Assembly: GCA_023301025.1 (NCBI GenBank)
Contig: JALZUR010000020.1
Coordinates: forward strand, 1,532 to 65,531
Length of the DNA: 64,000 nucleotides
Direction: 5' to 3'
Source: Bdellovibrionales bacterium
GTDB lineage: Bacteria; Bdellovibrionota; Bdellovibrionia; Bdellovibrionales; UBA1609
Shown: one piece after another, positions 50,788 through 60,569 of the stretch
Layout of the letters: each line of letters begins with the position of its first letter
Numbering within the stretch: the first letter of the stretch is position 1
Notes under the pieces: generated by a model
Database searches by the model: none
What the model was told of the DNA's origin: nothing
Seen by the model: only the letters and a program-made list of their open reading frames with translations
Program-made: the position numbers and the translations under genes

Positions 50788-51328
50788 CCTTCATAAAACA
50801 ACAAACATCTATGGTCGATCTTTAAGAGACGATTTAGACAGCTTTTTTAATGACTTATCTTTAAGAAACGTTCTTGCTGTGTTTGATAAATACGATTACG
50901 TACACAATGCTAAGCACTTGTCAGAGATTTTAAGTTTAAACTTTGAAGAGGCAAATGACAAACTAGAGTGTCTTACAAACCTCGGACTTTTAAAAAATGA
51001 TGGCAGTAAATACTTTGAAACAAAGCAAACTTACTATCAAGACAACCGAATTTTATCTGATAAAGACAAGGCCTTTTCTCAAGCAAATCGTTTAATACAA
51101 GTTGCAGGCCTTTTAAATGATTCTGATAAATTTTCAGATATTCACTCTATTCAATGCTGTAGAGAAGAGGATTTGTATGAATTTAAGTTACAAATCAACT
51201 CTGCTCTTGAAAAATTGATAGAAAAAACACTTGAAGCACCAAAAAATCAAAAAAATGTTCTCATGAACTTTATTGTTGGATATACAGAGACTAATCTTAA
51301 GAATTTGGAGGATAAAAATGATGTCTAA
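50777..51328 (+). CDS. Winged-helix protein resembling the C-terminal part of TIGR02147/DUF4423-type regulators
   Basis: AKHLSEILSLNFEEANDKLECLTNLGLLK..G.KY winged helix and EDLYEFKLQI helix. GGAG-N6-GTG start at 50777 (track start 50720). The family call is from memory of the pattern. Confidence 0.5.
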   Translation: MESDLHKTTNIYGRSLRDDLDSFFNDLSLRNVLAVFDKYDYVHNAKHLSEILSLNFEEANDKLECLTNLGLLKNDGSKYFETKQTYYQDNRILSDKDKAFSQANRLIQVAGLLNDSDKFSDIHSIQCCREEDLYEFKLQINSALEKLIEKTLEAPKNQKNVLMNFIVGYTETNLKNLEDKNDV

Positions 51329-51731
51329 ATTTTCAGTACTTTTAGCATTATTAATAAATGGAAACATGACCTATGCCAGAAGTGGCTCTGGTGGTGGAAC
51401 CATGCCTCAAAGAGCAGTGCAAATTCTTAACACTCAAATTCAAAACAAACCTATCTTCAATCTATCGCAGCTTCAATCATCAAGACTTAACAGCCTTTTT
51501 CACCAAAATAATGATTTAGCTGACAACTTTCTTTTATCTATATCAATTGCCTCATTTATCAAATACGAATCCGATGTAAATGAAATCAAGAGGTATAAAG
51601 CTTTTTTAGTTGATCATGTAGCATTACAAATGCTGAAAAAAAATCCTAATTTAGATGAAGAAAAAGTTTTTGCGGCCGTTAGTGAGTTTTATAAATCTTT
51701 GTACGAACAAAGAGATACAAGATCTTTGTAG
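51318..51731 (+). CDS. Small secreted hypothetical protein with N-terminal GSGGG motif
   Basis: GGAGG RBS before the ATG at 51318; signal peptide ending TYA, followed by RSGSGGGTM. Confidence 0.65.
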   Translation: MMSKFSVLLALLINGNMTYARSGSGGGTMPQRAVQILNTQIQNKPIFNLSQLQSSRLNSLFHQNNDLADNFLLSISIASFIKYESDVNEIKRYKAFLVDHVALQMLKKNPNLDEEKVFAAVSEFYKSLYEQRDTRSL

Positions 51732-51807
51732 TTTAGATTCCAACTCCTAACATTAAAAGTTTAATAGCTTTTAAATTGACGATCTTTAAAATTTAAAAAT
51801 ACATATC

Positions 51808-51850
51808 AATTTATAAAAAAAGAGACTATAAGTTTCTTTTTTTATAAATT
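51808..51850. terminator. Bidirectional terminator between convergent genes
   Basis: 20-bp inverted repeat AATTTATAAAAAAAGAGACT-ATA-AGTTTCTTTTTTTATAAATT with one G-U pair. Confidence 0.7.
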
Positions 51851-51862
51851 CTGAAATTATTT

Positions 51863-53254
51863 TTATGTAAATTCTAAAACTATTTTTTTATAGTGAGAGC
51901 CTCTTTCTCGGTAATCATCAAATATATCAAAACTTGAAGCTCCTGGAGAAAGAAGAACCGTGTCATTTATGCGGCTTTTAGAATATGCAAAATGCACAGC
52001 CTCATCAAAAGTTCCAATAAGGTAAGTTTCTGCATAATCACCAATATCTCTGTTGATACGCTCTTTAGCTTCACCGACCAAAACTAAGGTTTTAACTCTT
52101 CTTTTGATCTCTTCTCTAAGTGGTGTGTAGTTTAAGTTTGTATCTTTTCCGCCCATAATTAAAATGATATTTTCATCAAAAGAACGAAGAGCACGAATAA
52201 CAGCGTGAACGTTAGTGGCTTTTGAATCATTGTAAAAAGAAACTCCTCCAACTCTCCTAACGTACTCAATTCTGTGCTCAAGTCCTGTGTAAGTGTCTAT
52301 AACTTTTTGGATAGCTTCATGTGTTGCACCTTGCTCCCTTGAGGCAAGAATTGAGGCCATAATATTTTCAACTGTATGCTGTCCACGTATTTTTTGGTTC
52401 TGAGTAGAAAAAACTTCAATTTCAGGACCAGTTCTTACTTTTATTTCGTTTCCGATATTAACAGCTCCACCAATATTCATAATCTGTGGTTCTAAAGAGC
52501 TTCTTCTTGAAAAGTAAAAAATTCTACCTCTTTGAACAGATGGGTCTCTTGCTAATTCAACTACTGCATTGTCATCTGCATTTAAAATACTTGTAGTTGT
52601 TTGATTAGTGTTTAAAAAGATTTTCCTTTTTGCATTGATATAATCTTCCATAGTTTTATGACGATCCAAGTGATTCTCAGCAAGGTTCATAAAAACTATG
52701 TTTTTTGGATTAAAATTTACAACATGCTCTAACATGAAACTAGAGACCTCTAGGATCACAACATCTGGTTCACCATCAAGCATTAAAAGCTCACTTACAG
52801 GTTTACCGTAGTTTCCACCAACCCAAACTTTTTTACCAGAAGCTTTAAGCATTTCATAAATTAGAGAAACTGTAGTGGTCTTACCGTTAGTCCCTGTGAC
52901 ACCTATAATAGGCTGATCGATAAACTGAGACATGAACTCAAACTCACCTGTTACATGAACACCATTTTGTCTGGCATAATCAAATATTTTAAGTTGTGCC
53001 GAAATACCTGGGCTTAGCATCACAACATCTTGCTCTAAAAAGAGCTTTGGTGTGTGCCCACCAAGATCATAATTAACGTCAACACCTTCCATAAGCTCAA
53101 GATAGTCCGCTAGTTCTGCCTTAGACTTGTGATCACTCAAAGTGACACGCGCACCCTTAGAACTTAAAAATTTAGCAGATGAAACTCCTGTTCGGCCCAT
53201 TCCAACGATAAGAATCTTCTTATCTTTTAAATCTTCGACTTTCTCAATAAACAT
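51863..53254 (-). CDS. murD: UDP-MurNAc-L-Ala--D-Glu ligase
   Basis: GMGRTG, SPGI, TGTNGKTT, EVSSF, NDSKATN, LLSPG. Start MFIEK at 53254 after GAGG. Confidence 0.96.
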   Translation of the reverse strand: MFIEKVEDLKDKKILIVGMGRTGVSSAKFLSSKGARVTLSDHKSKAELADYLELMEGVDVNYDLGGHTPKLFLEQDVVMLSPGISAQLKIFDYARQNGVHVTGEFEFMSQFIDQPIIGVTGTNGKTTTVSLIYEMLKASGKKVWVGGNYGKPVSELLMLDGEPDVVILEVSSFMLEHVVNFNPKNIVFMNLAENHLDRHKTMEDYINAKRKIFLNTNQTTTSILNADDNAVVELARDPSVQRGRIFYFSRRSSLEPQIMNIGGAVNIGNEIKVRTGPEIEVFSTQNQKIRGQHTVENIMASILASREQGATHEAIQKVIDTYTGLEHRIEYVRRVGGVSFYNDSKATNVHAVIRALRSFDENIILIMGGKDTNLNYTPLREEIKRRVKTLVLVGEAKERINRDIGDYAETYLIGTFDEAVHFAYSKSRINDTVLLSPGASSFDIFDDYRERGSHYKKIVLEFT

Positions 53255-53256
53255 AA

Positions 53257-54333
53257 TTACCTCAGCTTTAATGTAGCTAAACTTAAGATTGCAAGTAGTA
53301 TAGATATAATCCAAAAACGAACTATAATTTTAGACTCTTCATAGCCTTTTAATTCGTAGTGATGGTGAAGAGGAGCCATTTTAAAAATACGCTTACCAGT
53401 AAGTTTAAAAGACGCGACCTGACTGATTACAGACAAAGCTTCAACGACAAAAACTCCACCAAGAAGTGCTAAAAGTATTTCGTTTTTAGTAAGTACTGAT
53501 AAGATTCCTAAAAAGCCGCCCAAACTTAGACTTCCAACATCACCCATAAAAACCTGTGCGGGATGAGAGTTGTACCATAAAAAGCCCATACCCGCCGCAA
53601 CAACAGTTGCGCAAAGGGGAACAAGTTCACTTGCACCTAAAACTGAAGGTATCATTAAATACTCAGCCATTTCTAAGTGTCCTGCAACGTAAGATAAAAC
53701 CATAAAAGCACTTGAAGACACCATAACGGGAACAATAGCTAGTCCATCCAAACCATCTGTTAAATTAACAGCATTAGCCGCTCCAACAACAACAAAAGCA
53801 CCAAAAGGAATGTAAAACCAGCCAAGGTTTAAATAAAAGTTTTTAACAAAGGGAAAATATAGATGTCCATCTAAAGCACCTGTAGAAAAGAGATAAACAA
53901 GAGAAATAGAAACAATAGTGAACTCACAAATAAGTCTAAATTTACCAGGAAGTCCTTTTGAATTTTTATAAATGACTTTTAGACGATCATCCCAAAAGCC
54001 AATTAAACCAAAAAGAACAGTCACAGCTACAGCTACTTGAACCAAAGGATTAAAAATATCAATCCATAAAAAAACGGGAACGAGCATTGCGAGCAGAATT
54101 AAACTTCCACCCATTGTAGGAGTTCCAGATTTTTTTAGATGAGATTTAGGTCCATCATCTCTAACAGCTTGTCCTATTTGTTTTTTAATCAAACCTTTAA
54201 TAAAAAAGGGGCCCCAAAGCCAGCAAATTAAAAATGAAGAGAAAAAGGATATAAAAGTCCTAAAAGTTACATAACGAAAAACATTAAATGCAGAGAATTC
54301 TGAAGACAAATGAAGTAGTAATTTATAAAGCAC
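53257..54333 (-). CDS. mraY: Phospho-MurNAc-pentapeptide transferase
   Basis: [37 protein letters not shown]. Confidence 0.98.
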   Translation of the reverse strand: MLYKLLLHLSSEFSAFNVFRYVTFRTFISFFSSFLICWLWGPFFIKGLIKKQIGQAVRDDGPKSHLKKSGTPTMGGSLILLAMLVPVFLWIDIFNPLVQVAVAVTVLFGLIGFWDDRLKVIYKNSKGLPGKFRLICEFTIVSISLVYLFSTGALDGHLYFPFVKNFYLNLGWFYIPFGAFVVVGAANAVNLTDGLDGLAIVPVMVSSSAFMVLSYVAGHLEMAEYLMIPSVLGASELVPLCATVVAAGMGFLWYNSHPAQVFMGDVGSLSLGGFLGILSVLTKNEILLALLGGVFVVEALSVISQVASFKLTGKRIFKMAPLHHHYELKGYEESKIIVRFWIISILLAILSLATLKLR

Positions 54334-54432
54334 GAGCTGTAGCCTTTAATTTTGTGATAGTTTTTTTAACTCTCATTTTTACCGTTAATACAATTTTTCA
54401 ACTTTGCTATTGTTTTATAAAGCACTGCTTTT

Positions 54433-55827
54433 TTATAGAAGTTCAACCTCTACTCCTAGGTCCACTAAGAATCTTTCTATCTGTGTTCCTCTGGATGCCT
54501 TTAAGACAACAACATCTTGATCATGTAACATACTTTTCACATCGAGAGCAAGTTTTTTATTGTAAGTATCTGAAATCATTGATGTTTTTTTATAATTCTC
54601 AAGTTCAAGACCTTCACTAAAACTAACACCACTTGCACCCAAGAAGACAACAGATTTTGGATTTAGAGCGCCCACATACTGACCTAGCTTTTTATGTTGC
54701 TCTTTAGAAGATTCTCCAAGCTCTAACATCTCTCCTAATATGATATGCAAAGATGAGCTATCAACGGCTTTAAGAGACTCTAATAACGAAGTCATACTTT
54801 GCAAATTAGAGTTGTAACCATCAAAAATATAAGTCCTTTTAGAACTGTTATCTTTTAGAATTTGTGATCGTCCCCAGGGAGTTTGGAGCTTTTTTAAAGC
54901 TGAGACAAGATCTTCTTCAGATATTTTAAGATCTAATCCAGAGGCTAAAGCAAACATTATATTGTAGACATTGTACGAACCAAAAACAGGAGCATGTACA
55001 CTAAACTTTTTTTGATTCAAAGACACATCAAGCTTTAGCCCACGAAGGGACTCTTCTTTTAAATCTATATACACATCAGCTTTAGGATTAGTCCTTGAAA
55101 CTGTCCAAACCTTTTTAAAGCATTTTTTATACTCCTCAAACATTTTATATGTATGTGGGTTATCAAGGTTAAAAACGGCAGATTCTTTTTTTGAAAAGCT
55201 ATAAATTTGTTTTTTTTCGTTAAAAACACCCTCAAGGTTTTTAAGTTTATCTAAATGCGAAGGCCCCACGGTTGTTACTATTGATAGATTTGCGTCAGTT
55301 AGCTTTGATAGAGCTTCAATTTCACCAGGCGCATTTGTTCCTAATTCACAGATTAAAACTTTATTTCTTTCTTTTAATCCCAATTGAGTGAGAGGCACAC
55401 CAATTTCATTGTTAAAACTCTTAGGTGAATAGTGAATGGACATAAAATTGGCGAGCATTTGAGCTGTAAAAAATTTCGTAGTTGTTTTACCATTTGATCC
55501 AGTAACTGCAATTACATAGGGATCACAGTGCTTTACCCATACCTTAGAAAACTTTTGTAAAAAAAGCAGAACATTATCAACATAGAAAATATTTTCATCA
55601 TATGTGCTTTTAGATCTTTCATGAGATGTTTTTTCAACAATGCAGGTTAAAGCCCCTTTTTTAAAAGCTTCATCTGTATATTCTCCACCCTTAAAGTTAG
55701 GCCCATTGAGACCTATAAATAAAGCATCTTTTTTTAAAGTTCTTGTATCCGTTGAAATTTCGCTAAACTCTTCTAGATCAGTTTTTATTTTCACATTCAA
55801 AAATTTTTCTAGAAATTTAATATTCAT
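54433..55827 (-). CDS. murF: UDP-MurNAc-tripeptide--D-Ala-D-Ala ligase
   Basis: TDTR, TGSNGKTTTK, NNEIGVP, DGYNSN, GEMLELG, KASRG. Confidence 0.94.
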   Translation of the reverse strand: MNIKFLEKFLNVKIKTDLEEFSEISTDTRTLKKDALFIGLNGPNFKGGEYTDEAFKKGALTCIVEKTSHERSKSTYDENIFYVDNVLLFLQKFSKVWVKHCDPYVIAVTGSNGKTTTKFFTAQMLANFMSIHYSPKSFNNEIGVPLTQLGLKERNKVLICELGTNAPGEIEALSKLTDANLSIVTTVGPSHLDKLKNLEGVFNEKKQIYSFSKKESAVFNLDNPHTYKMFEEYKKCFKKVWTVSRTNPKADVYIDLKEESLRGLKLDVSLNQKKFSVHAPVFGSYNVYNIMFALASGLDLKISEEDLVSALKKLQTPWGRSQILKDNSSKRTYIFDGYNSNLQSMTSLLESLKAVDSSSLHIILGEMLELGESSKEQHKKLGQYVGALNPKSVVFLGASGVSFSEGLELENYKKTSMISDTYNKKLALDVKSMLHDQDVVVLKASRGTQIERFLVDLGVEVELL

Positions 55828-57272
55828 AAATTTTTACTCTCTACCCATTTTAAAGCCTCTTGTTTATCTGAAAGCATAAACATTTCACCTTTTATCTCTT
55901 GAGTCTTCTCATGTCCCTTACCAGCAATTAAAACAATAGCATCTGCAATATATGCCTCTTCTAAGGCTTTAAAAATAGCTTTTTTTCTATCTTGCTCTAC
56001 AACATATGCTGTTTTTTTATAGCCGATAAGAATATCATCAATTATTGACTCAGCGTCTTCATCTCGCGGATTGTCAGAGGTTATGAATGATAAATCTGCA
56101 TAAGCTTCGGCAACAGCTCCCATCTTGGCTCTTTTGTCTGAGTCCCTATTTCCTCCACAACCGAAAACAACAAAAACCTTAGTTTTCAAATCTTTGAGTG
56201 TTTTTAAAGCTTTTTCTAACGAGTCTGGAGTGTGTGAATAATCAATATAAGCCATAGGTTCTTTGTTAAAAATAACAGGCTCCATTCGTCCAGGAGGAGT
56301 ATTAAAACTCTTAAAGATTCGACTGTCTGGAAAAAATTCATCTCCAAAATGATGACATAAGGTCATTAAAGCTAATCCAAAATTTGAAATATTATAATCC
56401 CCAAGAATTGGTAAGTGCCCCTTTAAGACTTTTGTTTGAGCCTTATTATTAAAGCTTCTTCTAAATTCAACATCAAAACCATAACTGTTTTGCTTATAGC
56501 TTATTTTAAAATCACCCGAATTAAGAACTTCTACGTCATCCAGCGTATCACTATAAGTAACATCTTTGTGAACATTAGAACTCATACAAAAAAAAGATTT
56601 ATCCTTAGCTGCTTCACTAAAGATTTTTATTTTCGCTTTAAGGTACATATCCATAGTCTGATGATAATCTAAATGATCTTGGCTAAAACTTGTAAAAGCT
56701 GCTCCGTCTAAAAATTTAAGTCCCATTCTTTTTTGATCTAAAGCGTGAGATGAGACTTCACACACCAATGCCTTCATTCCGTGATCAGTATAATTTTTAT
56801 GATTAAAAGAATAGAAATCTTCAGCTATGGGTGAAGTAAGCCCTGTATCTAAGACATGTTCTTTAAATGAATTTTCTACTGTTCCAAAAATTCCTGTTGA
56901 TATTTCATAACCTTCTAAAAGAGATTTTAGCATATATGCATAGGTGGTCTTACCATTTGTCCCCGTAACCCCATATACTTTTAAATTTTCAAAAGACTCT
57001 CTATAAAAAAGATGTAAAGATTCAGAAAAAACTTTATGAATGTCTTTTACATAAAATCCTTTTTTAAATGTAACAATGTCATGAACAACTGTCATTGCAC
57101 CTAAACTTAGAGCTTTGTTTAGATTTAGAATTCTAGCCTTGGTAGTGCCACGTAATGAAAAAAATAGAGAGCCTTTCAAAACTCTGCGACTGTCTTGAGT
57201 GATAGACGTTATTTTTGTGCTAAAATCTTTAGCTTTAACATCAATATCATCTAAGAGTTGATTTAAGTTCAT
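55824..57272 (-). CDS. murE: UDP-MurNAc-dipeptide--meso-DAP ligase
   Basis: TGTNGKTT, EVSSH, DHLDYH, DYSHTPD, DNPR (meso-DAP specificity), AGKGHE. Confidence 0.96.
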   Translation of the reverse strand: MNLNQLLDDIDVKAKDFSTKITSITQDSRRVLKGSLFFSLRGTTKARILNLNKALSLGAMTVVHDIVTFKKGFYVKDIHKVFSESLHLFYRESFENLKVYGVTGTNGKTTYAYMLKSLLEGYEISTGIFGTVENSFKEHVLDTGLTSPIAEDFYSFNHKNYTDHGMKALVCEVSSHALDQKRMGLKFLDGAAFTSFSQDHLDYHQTMDMYLKAKIKIFSEAAKDKSFFCMSSNVHKDVTYSDTLDDVEVLNSGDFKISYKQNSYGFDVEFRRSFNNKAQTKVLKGHLPILGDYNISNFGLALMTLCHHFGDEFFPDSRIFKSFNTPPGRMEPVIFNKEPMAYIDYSHTPDSLEKALKTLKDLKTKVFVVFGCGGNRDSDKRAKMGAVAEAYADLSFITSDNPRDEDAESIIDDILIGYKKTAYVVEQDRKKAIFKALEEAYIADAIVLIAGKGHEKTQEIKGEMFMLSDKQEALKWVESKNL

Positions 57273-57324
57273 TACTTAAACCTAATTCTTTAAAGATATA
57301 GGTCAACTCAAGTGCAACGCAGTA

Positions 57325-58251
57325 TTATTTTCCTTCAATAGAAACTAAATTTCTGCCTCTGTTTTTAGACTTGTATAAAGCTTTATCAGCCTTTTCAAAA
57401 AGACGATCCCAATGATCCCCTTTAGTTTTTCTAACAGAAACTCCAGCAGAGACCGTAATAGGCATTCTAACACCTTCATAGTCAAAATTATGCGCTTCTA
57501 TTGTTGCTCTTATTCGTTCAGCAATATTTGCTGATACAGGTATGTCTGAAGAAGATACAACTAGAACAAACTCTTCACCACCAAATCTTGCAAAGAAATC
57601 TTCACTTCTAATAAGTTTGTCTTTAACTAAGCGTGCAATCTCTTTAATAACATGGTCTCCGGCTGCGTGTCCGTGCGTGTCGTTAACTTTTTTAAAGTGA
57701 TCAATATCAAAAACAATTAAACTTAAAGGCTCACCCGTCATATCAGATCTTTTGATAGCCTCAGGCGCATAGGCTTGAAGTGCGCCTTTACTGTAAATCC
57801 CAGTCATTGCATCAAGCTGCGTTTTATCAAAAGTGGCTTTAGAGGCGACAGTTTCAACATTACCTTTTTCTAAAAACTTAAAAATAACATTTCCAACTTT
57901 AATCTGATCATTATTAACAAGCTTAACAGGCGTTAAAGGAGCGACTGTTTGTTGGTTAATCACTGTCTTATTCGTGGACTCAAGGTCCATAATTAAAACA
58001 TCATTTCCATTTAGAATAAATTTTGCGTGAGATTTACTTACACTTCTATCATCCACGAAAACAGAACTGCTAGGAGATCTTCCCACCACAACATCAGTTG
58101 ATGATAAGTGCCACTGTTTTCCAATACTACTTGCTGGTCCCACTAAAAGAACTAAAGCAGCAGGTGCTTTGTTTGCTGTATCAAGTGTTACCTTCAAAGT
58201 TTCACTTGTAACTACGCTTGTTTTCTCTAAATCTTCATCACTGTGCGACAT
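57325..58251 (-). CDS. FHA-GGDEF diguanylate cyclase (DgcB-like)
   Basis: N-tail LEKTSVV, FHA motifs GR..SVSKSHA..STNKT, I-site RSED, active site RFGGEEF. ATG at 58251 after GGAG. Confidence 0.9.
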   Translation of the reverse strand: MSHSDEDLEKTSVVTSETLKVTLDTANKAPAALVLLVGPASSIGKQWHLSSTDVVVGRSPSSSVFVDDRSVSKSHAKFILNGNDVLIMDLESTNKTVINQQTVAPLTPVKLVNNDQIKVGNVIFKFLEKGNVETVASKATFDKTQLDAMTGIYSKGALQAYAPEAIKRSDMTGEPLSLIVFDIDHFKKVNDTHGHAAGDHVIKEIARLVKDKLIRSEDFFARFGGEEFVLVVSSSDIPVSANIAERIRATIEAHNFDYEGVRMPITVSAGVSVRKTKGDHWDRLFEKADKALYKSKNRGRNLVSIEGK

Positions 58252-58272
58252 TTTACTCCACCCCAAAATTGA

Positions 58273-59361
58273 TCAACTGATCACGACATCTTCTTCTATC
58301 CTATGATAGCCCTTCCACTCTTTCAAGCTGCCTCGAGGTCTAGTGTTTAAATTATCAATCAAAACATAAGTAAGTTTTGTTATTTTTCCCAATGAATTCA
58401 CATCTAAAGAGACAATATCTGTCCACGTACCTGTGTTAAAATAATCTTTACCATCAGCCCATTGTCTATGTTGATAAACATGTGAGTGACCAAAAATCAC
58501 TGTGTGAACTCTGTCATCTTTAAGTATGCTTTTTGCTGCATCAGATAAGTCTGGAAATATAGCACTTTCTAAAAAAACTTTTAAAAGCGTTCTAAAAGAC
58601 CAAGCTGTGCTGTATGTGCTTTTTCTAAAAATGCTTGATATAAAGTATCCTAAAACTTGGACACAACTTTTAAACAGCATTACAGGCTCATTGATAAGTG
58701 ACCATCTGATCATTTTTGGAAAAGGCCTGACCTTATCCACATGCGGGTGCTTTTGCTTAAGTTTTAGTACAAAATCAATAAAAAAGTGAGACCCGAAAGG
58801 CAAATTTAAAATAGGTTCAGGAAGTCCTTTTCTTAAAAAAAACTTTTTAGGATTCATTCGGTTAGCGGATTCATGCATATGCCCATGTTCAATATGAACC
58901 CCATCAAAGTAGTAAAGAAGCTGAGCATATTTAACTTCTGTCTCTAAAGCTTCGTTGAGCCTAAGTTGAACAAGTGGCCACATCATACCTTGGTCGTGAT
59001 TTCCAACAACGTAGGTGATAGAATTATTATCCGAAGAGGAGAATTTTTTAAGAGCTTCAAAAACAACAGGGTGCCCTTCTATGATTCTATTGATCATATC
59101 AAGTGTCATAGGCTCAGTGATAACAGGAACAAAGTGGCCTTTGTAATCAATTTGTAAAAAATTGAAAATATCCCCATTTAGTATCAGTTCTACAGGGGTA
59201 GCTCTATAGTCTCCACTGGAGTAGTAATCTAAAAATTCTGAAAATTTTCGATCAAAATAAAACTCTTCAAAAAAATTTCTTGATCCATCAGAGTTTACTA
59301 AGCCTGTACCGAAATGCAAATCACTTACAACAATCTTTATGCCTTTTTCGATGTTTTGCAT
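58273..59361 (-). CDS. Calcineurin-like metallophosphoesterase
   Basis: SDLH, NGD, GNHD, EHGH, FGHSH, NTGTW. Confidence 0.88.
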   Translation of the reverse strand: MQNIEKGIKIVVSDLHFGTGLVNSDGSRNFFEEFYFDRKFSEFLDYYSSGDYRATPVELILNGDIFNFLQIDYKGHFVPVITEPMTLDMINRIIEGHPVVFEALKKFSSSDNNSITYVVGNHDQGMMWPLVQLRLNEALETEVKYAQLLYYFDGVHIEHGHMHESANRMNPKKFFLRKGLPEPILNLPFGSHFFIDFVLKLKQKHPHVDKVRPFPKMIRWSLINEPVMLFKSCVQVLGYFISSIFRKSTYSTAWSFRTLLKVFLESAIFPDLSDAAKSILKDDRVHTVIFGHSHVYQHRQWADGKDYFNTGTWTDIVSLDVNSLGKITKLTYVLIDNLNTRPRGSLKEWKGYHRIEEDVVIS

Positions 59362-59458
59362 TTGTGTTTTAAACCTACTCTAATTTTACAAAAATTTTTG
59401 TTTAGCTCATCTTTTATATTAAGTCTTGAGCTTTGTCTTTTTTTCTAAATTTTTACTC

Positions 59459-60535
59459 TTAATCTTTATTCTGGCTTTCTAGCATTGTTAAAGAAAGTTT
59501 TAAAGCTTTCATGGTTCGTCTTAAAGCATCTTCTTTCTCATGTAAATGACTTGTAACCTTTTGGCTTCGTGCTCTAAGCTTTTCTATATCAGCTTTTAGA
59601 TTCTCATTTTGGCCTTTAAGCTTTAAAAGCATCTCATCTTTACTTTTAGTAACAACATGCTGCTCTTTTTTGAGTATTTCTAAACGTCCTTCTAAGTCTC
59701 TTTCTCTTTCTCTGATACGACTGTATTTTGAGCCTAGTTCATTTTCTAAATTTTCAATTTTTTCTAGAAGTGTGCTTATTCTTAGATCTTTAGAGGACAT
59801 AGACTCTTGTAAGATGTCTTTTTCTTCTTTAGAGAGACTTTCTAAGCTTTCAATTTTGGCTTCAAAAGCTTTGATTTTTTGGTTTTTTTCTTCTGAAAGA
59901 TTTTTAAAATAATCCCCAGCTCTTGCAAGCTCCTCACACTCAGAGCGAAGTTCAAATAGCTGTTTTTCAAGTTTTTTAATCTTATCTTGAGCAAATTTTA
60001 TATAATCTGCATTTTTAAGATCAATAAGTGGATTTCTTCCACTTGCCGGCTCATCCACTTCTTTAACCACACCAAATACTCTTGTTGGAAAATCATCAGC
60101 TGAAAGACCTGAAGCTTTAGGCTCTGCCATAAGCTCAGGTTTAGACTCAATGAGAATCTCAGTTGCATTGTCTAAGTGTGACGTGTCTTCAATTGCAGCT
60201 TCTAGATCTTTTGCAGCTTTTGATAGCTCATTTTCAAAAGACTCATCGCCTATAGGCGGAGGAACAGATGTGCTTTCAAAGTCAGAATATAGATCTTCAG
60301 ATTGATGCGAAACTTCTGTTACATCAGGCTTATCTGAAAAAGAATCTACTTCAGGTAAAGCTGTTCCAGTAGGCATATCATCTGAATCATATGCATTATC
60401 AAAATTTGTAAGGGCGTCATAAAATTCCGTCTCGTCAACCTCACTAGCTTCCACTAGCGCTTCAAGCACGTCATCAGAAATTTGGCTTGAGTCCATAGTA
60501 AAATCAGACTCTTTATTTTTATTACGCTTAGACAC
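59459..60535 (-). CDS. Protein with acidic disordered N-half and long coiled-coil C-half
   Basis: D/E/S/P-rich first ~165 aa, then a heptad-like K/E/L pattern. Confidence 0.7.
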   Translation of the reverse strand: MSKRNKNKESDFTMDSSQISDDVLEALVEASEVDETEFYDALTNFDNAYDSDDMPTGTALPEVDSFSDKPDVTEVSHQSEDLYSDFESTSVPPPIGDESFENELSKAAKDLEAAIEDTSHLDNATEILIESKPELMAEPKASGLSADDFPTRVFGVVKEVDEPASGRNPLIDLKNADYIKFAQDKIKKLEKQLFELRSECEELARAGDYFKNLSEEKNQKIKAFEAKIESLESLSKEEKDILQESMSSKDLRISTLLEKIENLENELGSKYSRIRERERDLEGRLEILKKEQHVVTKSKDEMLLKLKGQNENLKADIEKLRARSQKVTSHLHEKEDALRRTMKALKLSLTMLESQNKD

Positions 60536-60541
60536 AAAGTC

Positions 60542-60569
60542 TTTTCGGTACTCTAAGACCTAAGAATTA
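60542..60569 (-). promoter_or_regulatory. sigma28-like promoter candidate
   Basis: TAAT-N16-ACCGAAAA, 6 nt before the GTG at 60535. Confidence 0.45.
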
